64,000 bases of DNA from Selaginella moellendorffii (Eukaryota; Plantae; Lycopodiophyta), in assembly GCF_000143415.4 (NCBI RefSeq), contig NW_003314327.1:458775-522774 (forward strand). Direction: 5' to 3'. Under the pieces are notes generated by a model. It searched no databases and was not told the DNA's origin. It saw only the letters and a list, made by a program, of their open reading frames with translations. Shown here one piece after another: positions 27,281 through 39,139 of the stretch (its first letter is position 1; each line of letters begins with the position of its first letter). Made by a program: the position numbers and the translations under genes.

Positions 27281-27352
27281 GGGCAGGTAGCTCAGTGGTA
27301 GAGCACCTGGCACCGGTGTAGGAGGTCCTGGGTTCAATCCCCGGCCTGTCCA
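27281..27352 (+). ncRNA. tRNA-like Pol III cassette in the 3' LTR of the TRIM
   Basis: Identical to 27076-27147. Confidence 0.85.
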
Positions 27353-28222
27353 GATCCATTTTCCAACAGTATTGACAAACCCAGAACACGGAACTGCTTT
27401 CTCAAGAGCTAATTCTTCAGGCTCAGGAAGCCTCAATTTATCAACAAATGCCAACGTTCCATCAAGTTCTGCAAAGTTCTGCAAAGTTACTGACACTCAC
27501 ATTTGCTACAGAAACAGTGAATGAAGTTAGCACGGATAAACACCTTTAGATAGAAAAATGCTTACCACCCACAACGTCTAGGTGACAAACATGTGGCAAA
27601 ACGTTGGTACTAGAATATCCCAACAGCTCCTCAAACATCATGAACCGAGAAAGGATCCCATCTTTCCATGCAATATGGCTCGCTTCCGTTTGGTTGATGA
27701 CACTGAGATCTGTACTCCAGCCCGTATTGCTCGTCACACCTGGCCGCACTAAATCAACGGCCTTTTCGTTACAAAACAGAACCCCGGAGAGCAGCTCCTC
27801 CATAGTAGTAGCCAACAAAGCTTCCAACTCATACTCCCAAATAGCGGCCAAGTATGCTTCCCTTTGCCTTAACTACATTCACCACCAAAGCCTCCAGCCT
27901 CGCGGAGTTGTGGGTTGAGAGAACGGCTGCATCTTGCTGAACGTCAAATGCCCATATCTTCCTCTCAGGTAACCGATACAAAGCTTTGGACCTATTCATG
28001 ACTTCAGCTGCCAGAAAGTCCACCAAGTATCTGGAAATGAGCTTCATGTAATCTCCTCCGAAACGTTAAGGTAAGCAGAGGCGATTGTTCCCTCGGTAGC
28101 AATCCTCATGGATATGCCGCGTGTTCATGTTCATTCAAGCCAAGAAAATCCATGAGCCGCGCATCATCGCCGCCTTCGAGCTCAACGAGGAATGACGCTA
28201 CCTCTTTCAGGTTGCTACCGGT

Positions 28223-28432
28223 ATGCTGCATTTGAAAAGGATAAGCTGCGGTGCCTTGCTGCTCTCGGTCAGCTGCTATTTGCTTCTAGTTCTTGTTCTA
28301 CTAGTCTTTCCGGAGCACAGGATCAGCATTTCGTCCGATCTCAGGCGGCCGCTCTTAAACAACCTGGTACGAGACGAGCCCGGTGGCCAAGTCAGTTTCG
28401 ACAGGTGCTGGGGGAAAAGAGTCTATGTCTAC
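28223..28432 (+). pseudogene. 5' fragment of a GT47 (exostosin/xyloglucan galactosyltransferase-like) gene
   Basis: Type II membrane anchor followed by DRCWGKRVYVY, resembling the C-x-G-x-x-I/V-Y-V-Y start of plant GT47 domains; similarity stops abruptly. Confidence 0.45.
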
Positions 28433-29132
28433 AATAGTACAATCTTCCAGTCCACTAACGTACCTTACTATGTCCATGGTGTAAGGTAGGATAAGCATGT
28501 CAAACGCAGCTGGTTGCTTGGCCTGGACATACAGCTGAAGCAGCCGTGGAGTGAGCACTGTGTGGTACACCATTGCCTGTGTGGTGCCAACACCGAACGG
28601 AGACTTTGCCAGGCAAGTCTTGAACTCCTCCGCAGTGAAGGGCCCGCTGAACTCCATTCGCCAGGCTTCTTGTCTGTATAGAGGTATTCCATGAATGATT
28701 CAGAAACCTTGACCAGGACATGGAAATAGCTCGCTTCCTCCAAAGCAGACCTCTACTGTGTAACTTCGAGATTCACAGCCTTCAAATCCAAACAGTTCCA
28801 CTTGTCCGCCATTCAGCTTGCCCTTAAAAAAGCCTACCAGACTCGGAAGTGAGTTTGCAGACAGCACCAGTTCTTGAGTCGACTCCTCGAAGACCACAAT
28901 GGGTCTCTAGGGAACTGGTGTCCAACAATGTAGACAGACCACCAGGGCCTCCGGACAAGCATGTGTCTGGCAAGAGAATCCCGTGAAGAGCAGATCGCTG
29001 GTGGCAGCGACACAAAACGATTGTACACCTTTCACACCCGAAAGCTGCCATATCCACAGTTTATTTATAGCACCGTTGAAACCCTAAACTTTGCTCTTTA
29101 ACATTGAAGAAAAAGAAAGCTTAAAAAGACTA

Positions 29133-29205
29133 TGGAGTTGAGGGGCATCGATCCCCTTACCTATCGCATGCAAAGCGATCGCTCTACCATCTGAGCTACA
29201 ACCCC
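29133..29205 (-). tRNA. tRNA-Ala(TGC)
   Basis: GGGGTTGTAGCTCAGATGGTAGAGCGATCGCTTTGCATGCGATAGGTAAGGGGATCGATGCCCCTCAACTCCA: 73-nt cloverleaf, G3-U70 pair, downstream T-run terminator. Confidence 0.96.
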
Positions 29206-29269
29206 TCATTTATATTTATCTATGTCTAACACGAATCAGAGATTAATTGATCAATAGTGTTTTCTTTAA

Positions 29270-29385
29270 ATTCCGTTTTTATTCGCTAAGTATGTATACA
29301 AACGAAGCAAAGGAAAACATTTTCACCAGACGTGGATAAGGTTGAGTAGCACCAAGAGCAACGCAACAACAAGACGTATCACATA
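29270..29385 (-). repeat. Diverged duplicate of the SYP5 last-exon end and 3' UTR
   Basis: Aligns by eye with 29972-30085 (ccgtttttattcgcta...ttcaccagacgtggataag...accaagagcaacgc). A shorter third copy is at ~26492-26518. Confidence 0.75.
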
Positions 29386-30032
29386 CAACCTAATATAAAA
29401 GTACTATTTAACAGATAATATTATATTCATCCTAAGGAAACAAGCTGGTATGTGTGGCTTCCTAGTGTCGCAAGGAACACTATTGTCAATCTCCGTCTGA
29501 ATGTCGAGAAGGGTGAGCCGGTCTGCCTTGCTAGTTGGAGGGGAAAGCTCTATATGGTGTGGCTCAACGTGGAACACAAGTGCACAATTGTGGAGATTTC
29601 TGTGGAGACTGGTGAGGTGATAGCATTTAATCAGTAACTCGTAAACAGAGCTACTTCCGTGGTCAAGCTGGTAACTATTTGAATATTGAAGGATATTATG
29701 GAAGGGTACGTAGGTTTTTCTCATATGATCTAGATGCAAGTACTTGGACTGAAAGATTACAAGCCTGTCTCAGTTCCCAGGCTTCTGTAGATTGAATTAT
29801 AAATTTATAAGAAAATTAAATCCAGACAGAAAAATATGTGGAATGTAGCCTTAAGTGGGTGGTAAATTCCATCTGGAAAACTCGCAGTGCCTCCTCCGGA
29901 CAATATTAACAGTGTTTACAAAGGATTCTCTTTAAACTTATAGATGCAGATAGAAGTAGGACCTGTACACAATCCCGTTTTTATTCGCTATGTATGTATA
30001 CAAACGAAGAAAGCACGCGAAGGAAAAGACTT

Positions 30033-31055
30033 TCACCAGACGTGGATAAGCTTGAGCAGCACCAAGAGCAACGCCACAACAACGAGCATCATCAAGCACA
30101 GGCATCCCAAGGCTGAGGATCCGGCACGTTTCGACAAAACGACCAAACGCTTGTGCACATTCTGTCGAGACGAAGAAAATGAGGGAGAGATTTGCAAGCG
30201 CGAAGATGACACGCGTATACTTACTTGTAAAACTGTGTTCGTTCGATCAGCGTGACGATCCATATCGTCCTGCAGCAAATAGGACATTGGTTTTTTATCA
30301 CAAAACCACTGGTAAATCGAGCTAGAGCTTACCAGTAAGTGTGCTTGGAGGTCCAGCTCTTCATTCACAGTCAGTGCGATGTGCTTCGTACTGATCACAG
30401 ATTTCTCTAAATCTTCAAGGTCGACGTCTTGGTCTGATGAGGTGCACGTAAACAAAAGGAAACAAAAGCTTTGACAATGTTCCTCGCTACCTTTCATTGT
30501 TTGTCGCTGGAACGCGATCAATCCATAATTGTCCAAACCCGTAGTCTTATCCGTCTCGACGGGAGGGCCCCTGGTGCCATCAGCTAGCAAATCGTCCCTG
30601 GAAGCAGCGTTTAGAAGAAGCTTGAAACAAAAGAGAAAAAGAAAGCACAAGGAAAATCTAGTTTTCAAGGAAAGAAAGACTCAAGGATTTTTATACCTTG
30701 CGTTTTGGGAGCTCTTGTAGCTGGAATCGAGTTGCTTGACGCGGAGTCCTAGACTTATAATCGCGTCTTGGCAACGAAAAAATTCCTTTTCTGATCTGGA
30801 GCACAGTGTTAGTGCGATCAAACCATTCACCACGACTGCCACAAACACTTACAATTGGCCGCGCAGCGTTTCGAGAGTACTGGTAAGGCGATTAACCTTG
30901 TTGTCCAGAATGAGGATCTTCCTTTTCGTGGTAGAGAGCAGCCTAGATCTCTCGCCTCTAGACATACCGCCGGAATTCGCATTGGCGATGCTGCCTTTGA
31001 CCTCCTCCGCCAAGCGCGTCGCCTCGTCTAGCTCCTTCGCCCAGGCGTCCGCCAT
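30033..31055 (-). CDS. SYP51: Syntaxin SYP5 family (SYP51/52-like Qc-SNARE)
   Basis: MADAWAKELDEATRLAEEV, GLDNYGLIAFQRQTMK|DQDVDLEDLEKSVISTKHIALTVNEELDLQAHLL, C-terminal transmembrane helix. Confidence 0.9.
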
Positions 31056-31169
31056 GGCCGAAGAACCCTAATGTTTATTTTTCCCCTATTTTAAGATAAC
31101 GCAAAAACAGGGGCTCTGTAAAATAATGTATACTCTCTCTCTTAGGGTTCTTGCGATCGCGCATTGGCG

Positions 31170-34158
31170 ATGGAGACGCCTCCGCCAAAGATCCAGCGCC
31201 AGGTATCTTGGATCCGTGCAATGCGGGTGTAAGATTGATGAGTTTTTTTTTTCTCTCTTCTAGCCGAGCGAAGTCGAGGCGGAATTGAAGCTTGCGCTCC
31301 AGGAAGCTGGACTTGACTTCTCATCCAGTCTAGAGGTGAATTTCTTTCCTTTCACCTGTTCTTCTTTTTTCCTAGCGTATGAAATCCTTGCATTGAAATC
31401 CAGGCTTTCTACCGGAGAGTAGATCCTTCTGCGGTGACCGTCGAGAAGATTACAAGATGGTTTGCGTCAACACGAGCTCTAAGATCTCAGCTCCTTACCA
31501 GGAGAGAATCCAAGCTCATTGAGATTCCAGAACAAACGTAAGCTTCTCATGTTTCTCCTCTCTTCCTTCTTTTGTATAGAATCTATGAATATTTTTTTTC
31601 TTTTCCTTTTCTTTTGGCTGATACTATTCTCTTTGTGTTTTCAGCAATCTAGAACCAGCTGCACAAGAATCTAGCACCTTTGAAAGCGTGCACGAGAGGC
31701 TACAAAAGGCTGCTGATATAAACATAAATTCCAGTGACTTTAAGTGGGAGCGTCTTGTGTCCTTGCACACTCCGGAGCATGCAAACGACACAGAGGATGA
31801 AGAGAAAGAAGCGACGGCTCCAGCGTCTCTCGAGGTAGGATAGCTTAGTTCTACTACTTTCAGATTAGATTTTGAAGTATAGATTCTTCAAAACAGGTGA
31901 ACGTGAACTCAGGTGGAATTGTCTACTTTGCAGTGTTTCAGCTGGGAAACGGCGAGGAGGCCGCAGCTTGTCTCAAGTTCACTCCTTCACGCTTGACAAC
32001 GCAGTCTGAGCGCTTGGGATACGAACTTGGCAGACACCTGGGAGTATCGACACCTCAGGTAATTTAGAGCTTCTCTTTGTTTATTCATAGCAGATCTCAA
32101 TCAGGCTCGAATCGTGAGAAGCGAGTCGCCAGAATGGTCGGAAATTATTCGTGCAACTGAAAATGTGAAGCTTCAAAATCCAGATTGCGTGAAAACATGC
32201 GACGAGATGCTAGAAGCGCTTGAGATCAACCGCTGCTTGCTGCTCATGGGGTAAAAACACACTACTCGTAAGCCTGTTAAAAACAATCATACTTTTCGTT
32301 TTTGCAGGTATGTAACTGGATGTCCACTGCACAAATACAAACCTCCAGTCCTCACACAAGCCATAGCGCGAAGAATTGCTGGAAGTTTGGGCCGGGTGCT
32401 GCTGCTAGACCTTGTTCTTCGCAATGAAGACCGCCTCCCATGCCAGCAACTGGGGTGGCGTGGAAACCCGGGGAATCTCTTATGCACCGAGAGGACGCCA
32501 ATAGTAGAGCCGCTCCAGACGAAGAAACTCGAGTTTAAAGTTACTGGACGACGAAGCATCGTGTCCGGCCGGAGCGTTCCACCGATCCCAAAGCACGCAA
32601 GAGAGAGGACCACAACGATCACTGTTGGTACCTCCGTCGAAGCGGAGCAGCCGCAAAGAAATCCACCCGGTGGAAAGGCCCTCCATCTCGTGGCGATCGA
32701 CTCGGGTGTCCCACGAAGGCCTCCAAGCCAAAAGAGAGAGCTGGATAGAGCGCAGTATCCACGGTTTGTGGAGATGCTCCTCCACGACTTCGACACTTCT
32801 TCCGAGGTGGTGAAGGAGATATCGAGTGGCTACCTGGAGACTGTTGCGGAGGAGACGGAGAAGCTGGATATGGCTGGCGTTACGAATGCTTTTCTGTCTG
32901 GTTTCCAAGCCGGACTTAAAGCGATGGTGCCGCTTCGCTCGTTTCTCGTGAAGCTACAAAGGAGGCTGGACTTTTATCTGAAGCAATTTGTCGCCGATAT
33001 CAGGGAAAACCTTCCTTCCGACTGGAGTCCAGACAAATCCTCGCCTAGTGAACGACTGAGTCCCCAGCCCTCTCCTCCGACGCTTTCATCGGCTGATGGC
33101 GTGAGTCCTCCGCTGAAACTCGAGAGACGTTTCACACTTCAGCTGAAAGACTACAATAAACTAGCCAAGGTAAGGAGCGTCTCTCACGCGACAAAGTTGA
33201 ACGTTACGAACCTTCTTTTGCAGGTGGATGATGGAATTCATGACAGAGTTGAGCACTGGGACAAGGTGTTGGGTTCCGAAGGCCACAAGCTTTGCCAAAC
33301 GCACGACTTTTCCACGGGGTTCCTTGAAGGCGGCGGACCGCATAGCGTCGTCGACAGCTACGAACTCAAGGTAGTATTTCCACTTCGATAGCCAGTGAAA
33401 AAAGCTGTGAATTCAGGTTCGTCTGGAGCACGTACTGGAAAGAATGGAGTTAATTGCTCAAGGAACCGAAACAGAGAGGCCTTCTCGTGTGCTGGACTGC
33501 CTTTACGTCGGAGGAGCACTGGCTGCAAAGTCAGTTAATATCCTCAAGCACGTTGGCATCACTCACATTTTGTGCCTTTGTCCGATCGAGGTTGGATCTC
33601 CAGAGCCGGAAGTTGCTGAGTATTTCAAGTACAAGACCTGCCAAGTACGTGAAAAGAAGAAGAAGAAACTCCTCTTTCTTGCGCGACTTAATTGTTTGCT
33701 TTACAAACAGGTCCTTGATATTGAAGAGGAGGACATCGCGAGCCACTTTGAAGAAGCTTGCGGATACATCGAAGATTGTGAGAAGAGCGGCGGGAAAGCT
33801 CTGGTTCATTGCTTTGAAGGCAAGAGCCGCAGCGCAACGATAGTACTCGCGTACCTGATGCTGGCAAAGTAAGAAAACTCGACGTTCCAGTCCGCAAAGT
33901 AATTTTGCGTTGTTTCTCAGGGGTTTTACGCTGCTGGACGCATGGAACTTGTTGAAAGGCGCTCACCCCCGCGCGCAACCAAACGATGGCTTCATGAAGG
34001 CTCTGGGAGAAGTGGACAAGAAGCTCCATGGCGGTAGTAGCTCCATGGATTGGCAGCAAAGGAAACCAGCGGCTCGTCTCTGTCCACTGTGCCAGAAGAA
34101 CGTAGGCCTCAGTAGCAATTCGCTCCAACACCACATTAACAGGTACCACCCTCAGTAA
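31170..34158 (+). CDS. PHS1: PHS1: atypical (actin-fragmin kinase-like) tubulin kinase plus dual-specificity phosphatase
   Basis: VNSGGIVYFA, TQSERLGYE, GRVLLLDLVLRNEDRLPCQQLGWRGNPGNLL, AIDSGVPRRPP, VHCFEGKSRS, HPRAQPNDGF. Confidence 0.93.
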
Positions 34159-34863
34159 GAAATGGATTATTTTGTCAACTTGTTCCCGTCAATTTTAACA
34201 ACTTTACATTATAGTTTATACACTAATGTATATATTAATGTATAATTAATGTATATAGTTTATACATTACGTCATTAGTTTTTGGATAATTCAAGGCCTT
34301 GAGCATTTTCACCTTAGATGATCTTGTTAGCGCAATGGACACACCAGCAGATGTTCGCAACTTAATAGATCGTCCTCTCCCCAACGATGTAAGTGGGTGT
34401 GCTGTAGTGTCTGCGAAGCTGGCGGCCTGGCGGTTGCAGCTGCAGCAGTTTAGCATCCGTCTTTACAGAACAGATGGATCCTCCGGAATACTCGTGCTGT
34501 TTGCCAGAGGTCTTTGCGGATGATGAGCCGAGGAACTTTGGGTTTTGCGCGATGGTGACGCGCGACTCGGTGTGGTTCTTCAAGTTGAGCCGGTTGCTAG
34601 CTTTCGCCGGCGGCTTGTGGACGAGGATGGTATGGTTTGGCTGGCTAAGCTCTTGTGTGCACCTCACTTTCGCGAGGCTTCTGTTGTAGTCGAAGATCCT
34701 CTCGTAGTCTCACACTTTGAGTCTAACACTCCATTCCAGCCCCAGCCCCAATGTTTAATTAAATCGTGAAACAAGCACAGAAGGATGATTACATACCAGA
34801 AGGGATGAATTTCTGTGCAGCAATTCGAACAAAACTAGCTCAAAGTCTCTGGAACCCATGAAG

Positions 34864-37800
34864 TTACGTGAATGAAAAATACAGGCCAGATGCGGCCACA
34901 AATAATAAATCGGTTATCAAAAGACCAATCGCATCAAAAACGTATTTTGGAGCAAATAATCCCCAAACCTGAAGCAGCCGTGTTTGCAATAGAGAAAGCA
35001 AAAAAGAGATGCCTACCATCAAGTGTCGTCTTTGTATTGCTACACAAATCGTCGAGAAAGTAGTGGTGACGCTTCGGATGAGCCCGAAGGAAAGGTAAGC
35101 CTGCAAAATATGTGGAAAAGAAGATTATGGCTTCGGAGTTATCATAAAAGCCTTACCAAAGCAATGTCTAGAGCAAAATGTGTTGAGCGACGTCCGTCTG
35201 CCTTCTTTTGCTCGCTATCCTTTTCAGATTCAGCGACAACAAGAGAAGGCAGGCCGATTATGGGCAAAACATGCGATGCGCCATAAGTGTCAATAATAAG
35301 AAGTGCTCCTTGTCGATAGAGGTTAAACTCGTCAAATCTGTAAACTACGTAATCAGCAGAAGCATGATACTACACCGTGTGAAGATAAGTTACCCGATGA
35401 ACGCCGCAGGGTAACGAAGACCGTCAAATGTACATCTAAAACGCAGAGGTGTTAGTCGAAGAAGTTACAATTCTACATGCCTGTGGTTAGTGCAAAAAAA
35501 TAGCAAAAGTGCTAGAAAATTCCAGTGTGAAGAAATAAGCTTTCGTTTCTCCAAGCTTTGAAGCTCCAATATACACCACACTGCAGGAAACCAATCACAA
35601 AGCTGGCACACAGAACTGTAAGAAGATTACCTTCGAGCATTGCAAGAAAACCGAGAGCCGGAGATGTGCGTCCAAGAAGCAGGAGAATAGAGGCACTCCA
35701 AGCTCCGAACAACGCAATCACAGCATCTCTAAGATGTGATTTACCAGCGGAAAGTTTCCCAGCCAAGTAGACGAGACCCGTGGCTAATAAAGTGCCCAGA
35801 AATACCACACGAGGTAGTTGTAAACGGGCAAATTCTCTTATATCGCCAGGTATCGTGATAGTCTTCACTTCGCTCAAATCCAAGATAAGCCAATGAACTG
35901 CGATGGCTGCGTACATTACAGGTAGAGCAAGTGTTGCCACGAGGTAAGCGTTTAGCCGATACAAGTTCCTGGATACGTGCCGGATGGCAAGCCAAGAAAA
36001 TATTAGCAAGGGAACGCAATATATAGTTGCATCAAGCCAGTTAGCGTAAGAGACTTCGTTGCCAGATTCTACCGTGTCTTTGACAATGCTCGTTAAACCC
36101 ATGCCAGAAAGGACACGATTGACAACAAGAAACAAGACGGCCTGAAACGGTTTGGTGTCAGTACAAAGAGAAAGAGTAAACGGTGCTTGCCTGAAAGATT
36201 TTAGATTGGAACTGCAGAGCAAATCGAAAGTATATCAATCCAATAGTTGCAAGAAGGTAACTTGCAACATGTCCTTCAGCCACTGTAACATTAAGTTTAG
36301 ATAAGCCGTTAGAAGTGACTTACTTACTGATGAAACTGTTTGAGAGGAGACTCAAAGCGTGCAGCATTACAAACATAACTCCTGCTATGGCCTTCGAATC
36401 ACAGGCATAGCTCCAGAAGCGTTTTTCAGAGCTTTTGGTCTTCGCACTTAATGTCTTTTGAAAAAATCCAGAAAGAAGATACGCAAATACTGCAGCAAAG
36501 CCCACGGCTCCAAGAATAACATACCAGCTGAAGCCTTTACCTAGTGTAACAGCTGTAGCCACAGAAATAAGACCTCCCAATGTGCATGCGGAGGCAATAA
36601 GTCTTCCAGGAAAGATTAGTTGCAGCTCATAAGAATGGTGAGTCCCTCGGAAACGCGACACTCTTAATAACGCCAGTGCATGAACCGGAACAGATAATAC
36701 TAGAAGGGTCAGGCCTGCAGCCATCTTAGCATCTCCAAATTGGGTCCACTGAGATCGGGCTAAATCGGCAGCTTCCGTAAGAAAAGTGTTGTATGAAGTT
36801 ATTTGGTCCTTGAGACCGGTGGCAATTCCAGTTGCGTCTCGAGACAAAGGTTCGTAATATGCTTTCAAGCGCATTAAATCGGGAGCTGGAATCCCATTAA
36901 GCGAATGCGCTGCATAATGCTCGAGATATCTCATGACCTGAAGAGGCATGTCTTACAGATACATGAGAAACAAGAAATAACGTGACCTTACCTGCCAGCT
37001 ATTTATACAAAGAACATTCTGGTAGTGTTCTGGTGTATTTGAGGATTCATGGTTAGACCAAGCCAATGAAAGCAATTCCAAATTTACTCGTCCAACACTA
37101 CAACCAGACACGTTAAGAACGTAAGCAAGTACGTGAGGAAACAGAGCTACCTTCCAAAAGGAATGGGAACTCCTAAAATTGTAGATAATGTAGGAGCAAA
37201 ATCTAGCTGCATACCGGTCATCAATGTTCATCTCACAGAATCGATTCTAACCTGTGGAAGCGTGCTTATACCCGGGCTACTGGCGTCCTGGAAACAAATA
37301 TATGTTAAATATTACGCTGGAAATACTCCAGGAAAAATAAACAAACCATGCACAATCCACAAGAAGAACAATGAATATCCTTGCCTTTTCGGCCTCCCAG
37401 GACCATAGCAAAAAGTCCAGTATCAACCTGTTACTCATATGGGGTTCAATGAAAAATGCCAGAAGAACAACGAACCTCTTCAGCTGTTCCACCACCATGA
37501 TCTCCATTAAGAGTTTGACCATGATCACCCATAACAATCAGCATAGTATTTTCGTGGAGACCACCAGGACCTGACTCCTTTTGAAGGATAGAAATGATTT
37601 CCTGTAAAGTAACGTATCCCAAAAATGTCTTGAATAATGGTGGTTTCAAACATTACCTCCAAGACATTGTTATACTGCGTCAGCTTTTCAACCATGAGAG
37701 GAGATTCTACCCCGAATATATGTCCAACATGATCCTGATGTAGATTAAATCGCATCACGAAAAATGACCAAAGCAAAGGAGCAGCGTGCTGCTCGCGACA

Positions 37801-38773
37801 AAAGTACCACGCCAAGAAAGTGGGCAATAAGTAAGTCCCAGTTGTTTTGATGCAGCTTGGGAAAGATGTTGCTTATAACACCATTGTCCACCTACAATGT
37901 TGCGTACAGATTAGTTTGCAAGCAAAATTTTTGAAAATGTTTTACTGTATGCAAATCTTTGACGTTGAATGATGGAAATGGATAAGCTTCGGAAAAATGA
38001 TTTGGAAATAGCTGCAACCACGTATCGTCTCCCATCATCACAACGCGCTTGCCATTTCGTGCAAGCTGGACGAAACCAAATATTAAACTATGACTTCTCA
38101 TAGAAGATTTCGTATAAGGTCTGACCTGAAGAATTAAATTATCTTCGACTATTGCAGGAGCACCAAAACTGTGGCCAACATCAATAAATGTTGGCAATCC
38201 TCCCGTCGTTAGCCCCTGAAAGAAGGAAAAAGAAAACAGTGAGATACGAGGGATCGAACCAAGAAAAAGGTATGCATATAAACTTTGAGCCGCTGCAGTG
38301 TTGTCGTGGGTGGATCAGCAACGTACTTAAAAATTCTAGCGTTTGCTTCGTTCTCTGCTAGATCTTGTAGCACTGTAAGCCTATCCATCCATGGCTTTGA
38401 TTCTAGAAAGCCGTAAAGTGACGCTGGCTGGCAAAAATTACGAGCACTCTTACCGGAGAAGAATTCACTCCTTGCAAGGAAATCAAATCTACAGTGACAA
38501 TAGCTCAGATCCATAAATATTTTACACGATCACCTACCTCAACGCATCGATTATGACAACGATCGCGCGCTTCACTCCACCGGAATCCGTCCAGCAACTG
38601 GCATTCGATCCGCTGCCGCGACCGCAAGGGGCGGCGGCGGCATCCGCGCATTCGCTCACATTCGGCAGCTCCGTGCGCGTGAGGAGGAATCCCGACGTGA
38701 AGAGGAAGATCGCGAGGGAGTGGAGCGCCAGAATGTAGAGCAGCAGCAGCAGCAATCGCACCTGGATGCCCAT
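34864..38773 (-). CDS. PIGO: GPI ethanolamine phosphate transferase 3 (PIG-O/GPI13)
   Basis: [19 protein letters not shown]|[51 protein letters not shown]|[11 protein letters not shown]. Confidence 0.93.
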
Positions 38774-38830
38774 TCGCGCTCCTAAAACCCTACGAAATCC
38801 CAGGAACCCTAAAAATGTATGCGTGCTTCC

Positions 38831-38863
38831 CACGTGTTTGCCAGCTGTCAATTTGCCCACGTC
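38831..38863. promoter_or_regulatory. G-box/ACGT elements in the divergent PIG-O / bZIP promoter
   Basis: CACGTG at 38831-38836 and CCACGTCA at 38857-38864. Confidence 0.4.
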
Positions 38864-39139
38864 ACGGCCGCCAGAAGTTAGGGTTCTTAAAGCCCTAGGT
38901 CCAGTCAGCGCAGGTTTGCCGATGCCAGCGCGGCGCTTGTGATCCTAGTCCGCGGCACAGTCATCCGCGCGCCATTACACACACAATCGGAGCACAGATC
39001 GAAGTTCCAAGCTCTTCTCGCGCCAGCGCTCGCCAAATGCCTCCTCTTTGATCCATTCCAGGGTTTCTAGAGCTAAAAGGTAAGCGCTTTGGTGTTCTTT
39101 CTCGCAGCTTGGGGTGATTCCTCTAGGATTTCTTCCCAG

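Larger units (their letters stand above)
27044..27368 (+). mobile_element. TRIM (miniature non-autonomous LTR retrotransposon) with a tRNA-like gene in each LTR
   Basis: Identical 120-bp LTRs at 27044-27163 and 27249-27368 (TGTTAG...CCAACA). PBS TGGTATCGGAGC 27164-27175, PPT AGGGGGGAG 27240-27248, 85-bp internal domain, 5-bp TSD GTATT at 27039-27043 and 27369-27373. Confidence 0.95.
26955..28047 (-). pseudogene. Uncharacterised spliced gene remnant interrupted by the TRIM
   Basis: ORF pieces 27829-28047, 27546-27851 and 27374-27496. Removing the TRIM plus one TSD copy restores an open frame ...SGFVNTNRCKRFKRG... up to a GT donor at ~26957. No family recognised. Confidence 0.4.

Noticed and set aside
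27076-27352. Two functional tRNA-Arg(CCG) genes in tandem
   Set aside because: The anticodon arm is non-canonical, and both units sit inside LTRs with PBS, PPT and TSD, so they are parts of a mobile element.
34235-34770. Short ORFs between PHS1 and PIG-O
   Set aside because: No family motif or consistent exon structure could be supported.
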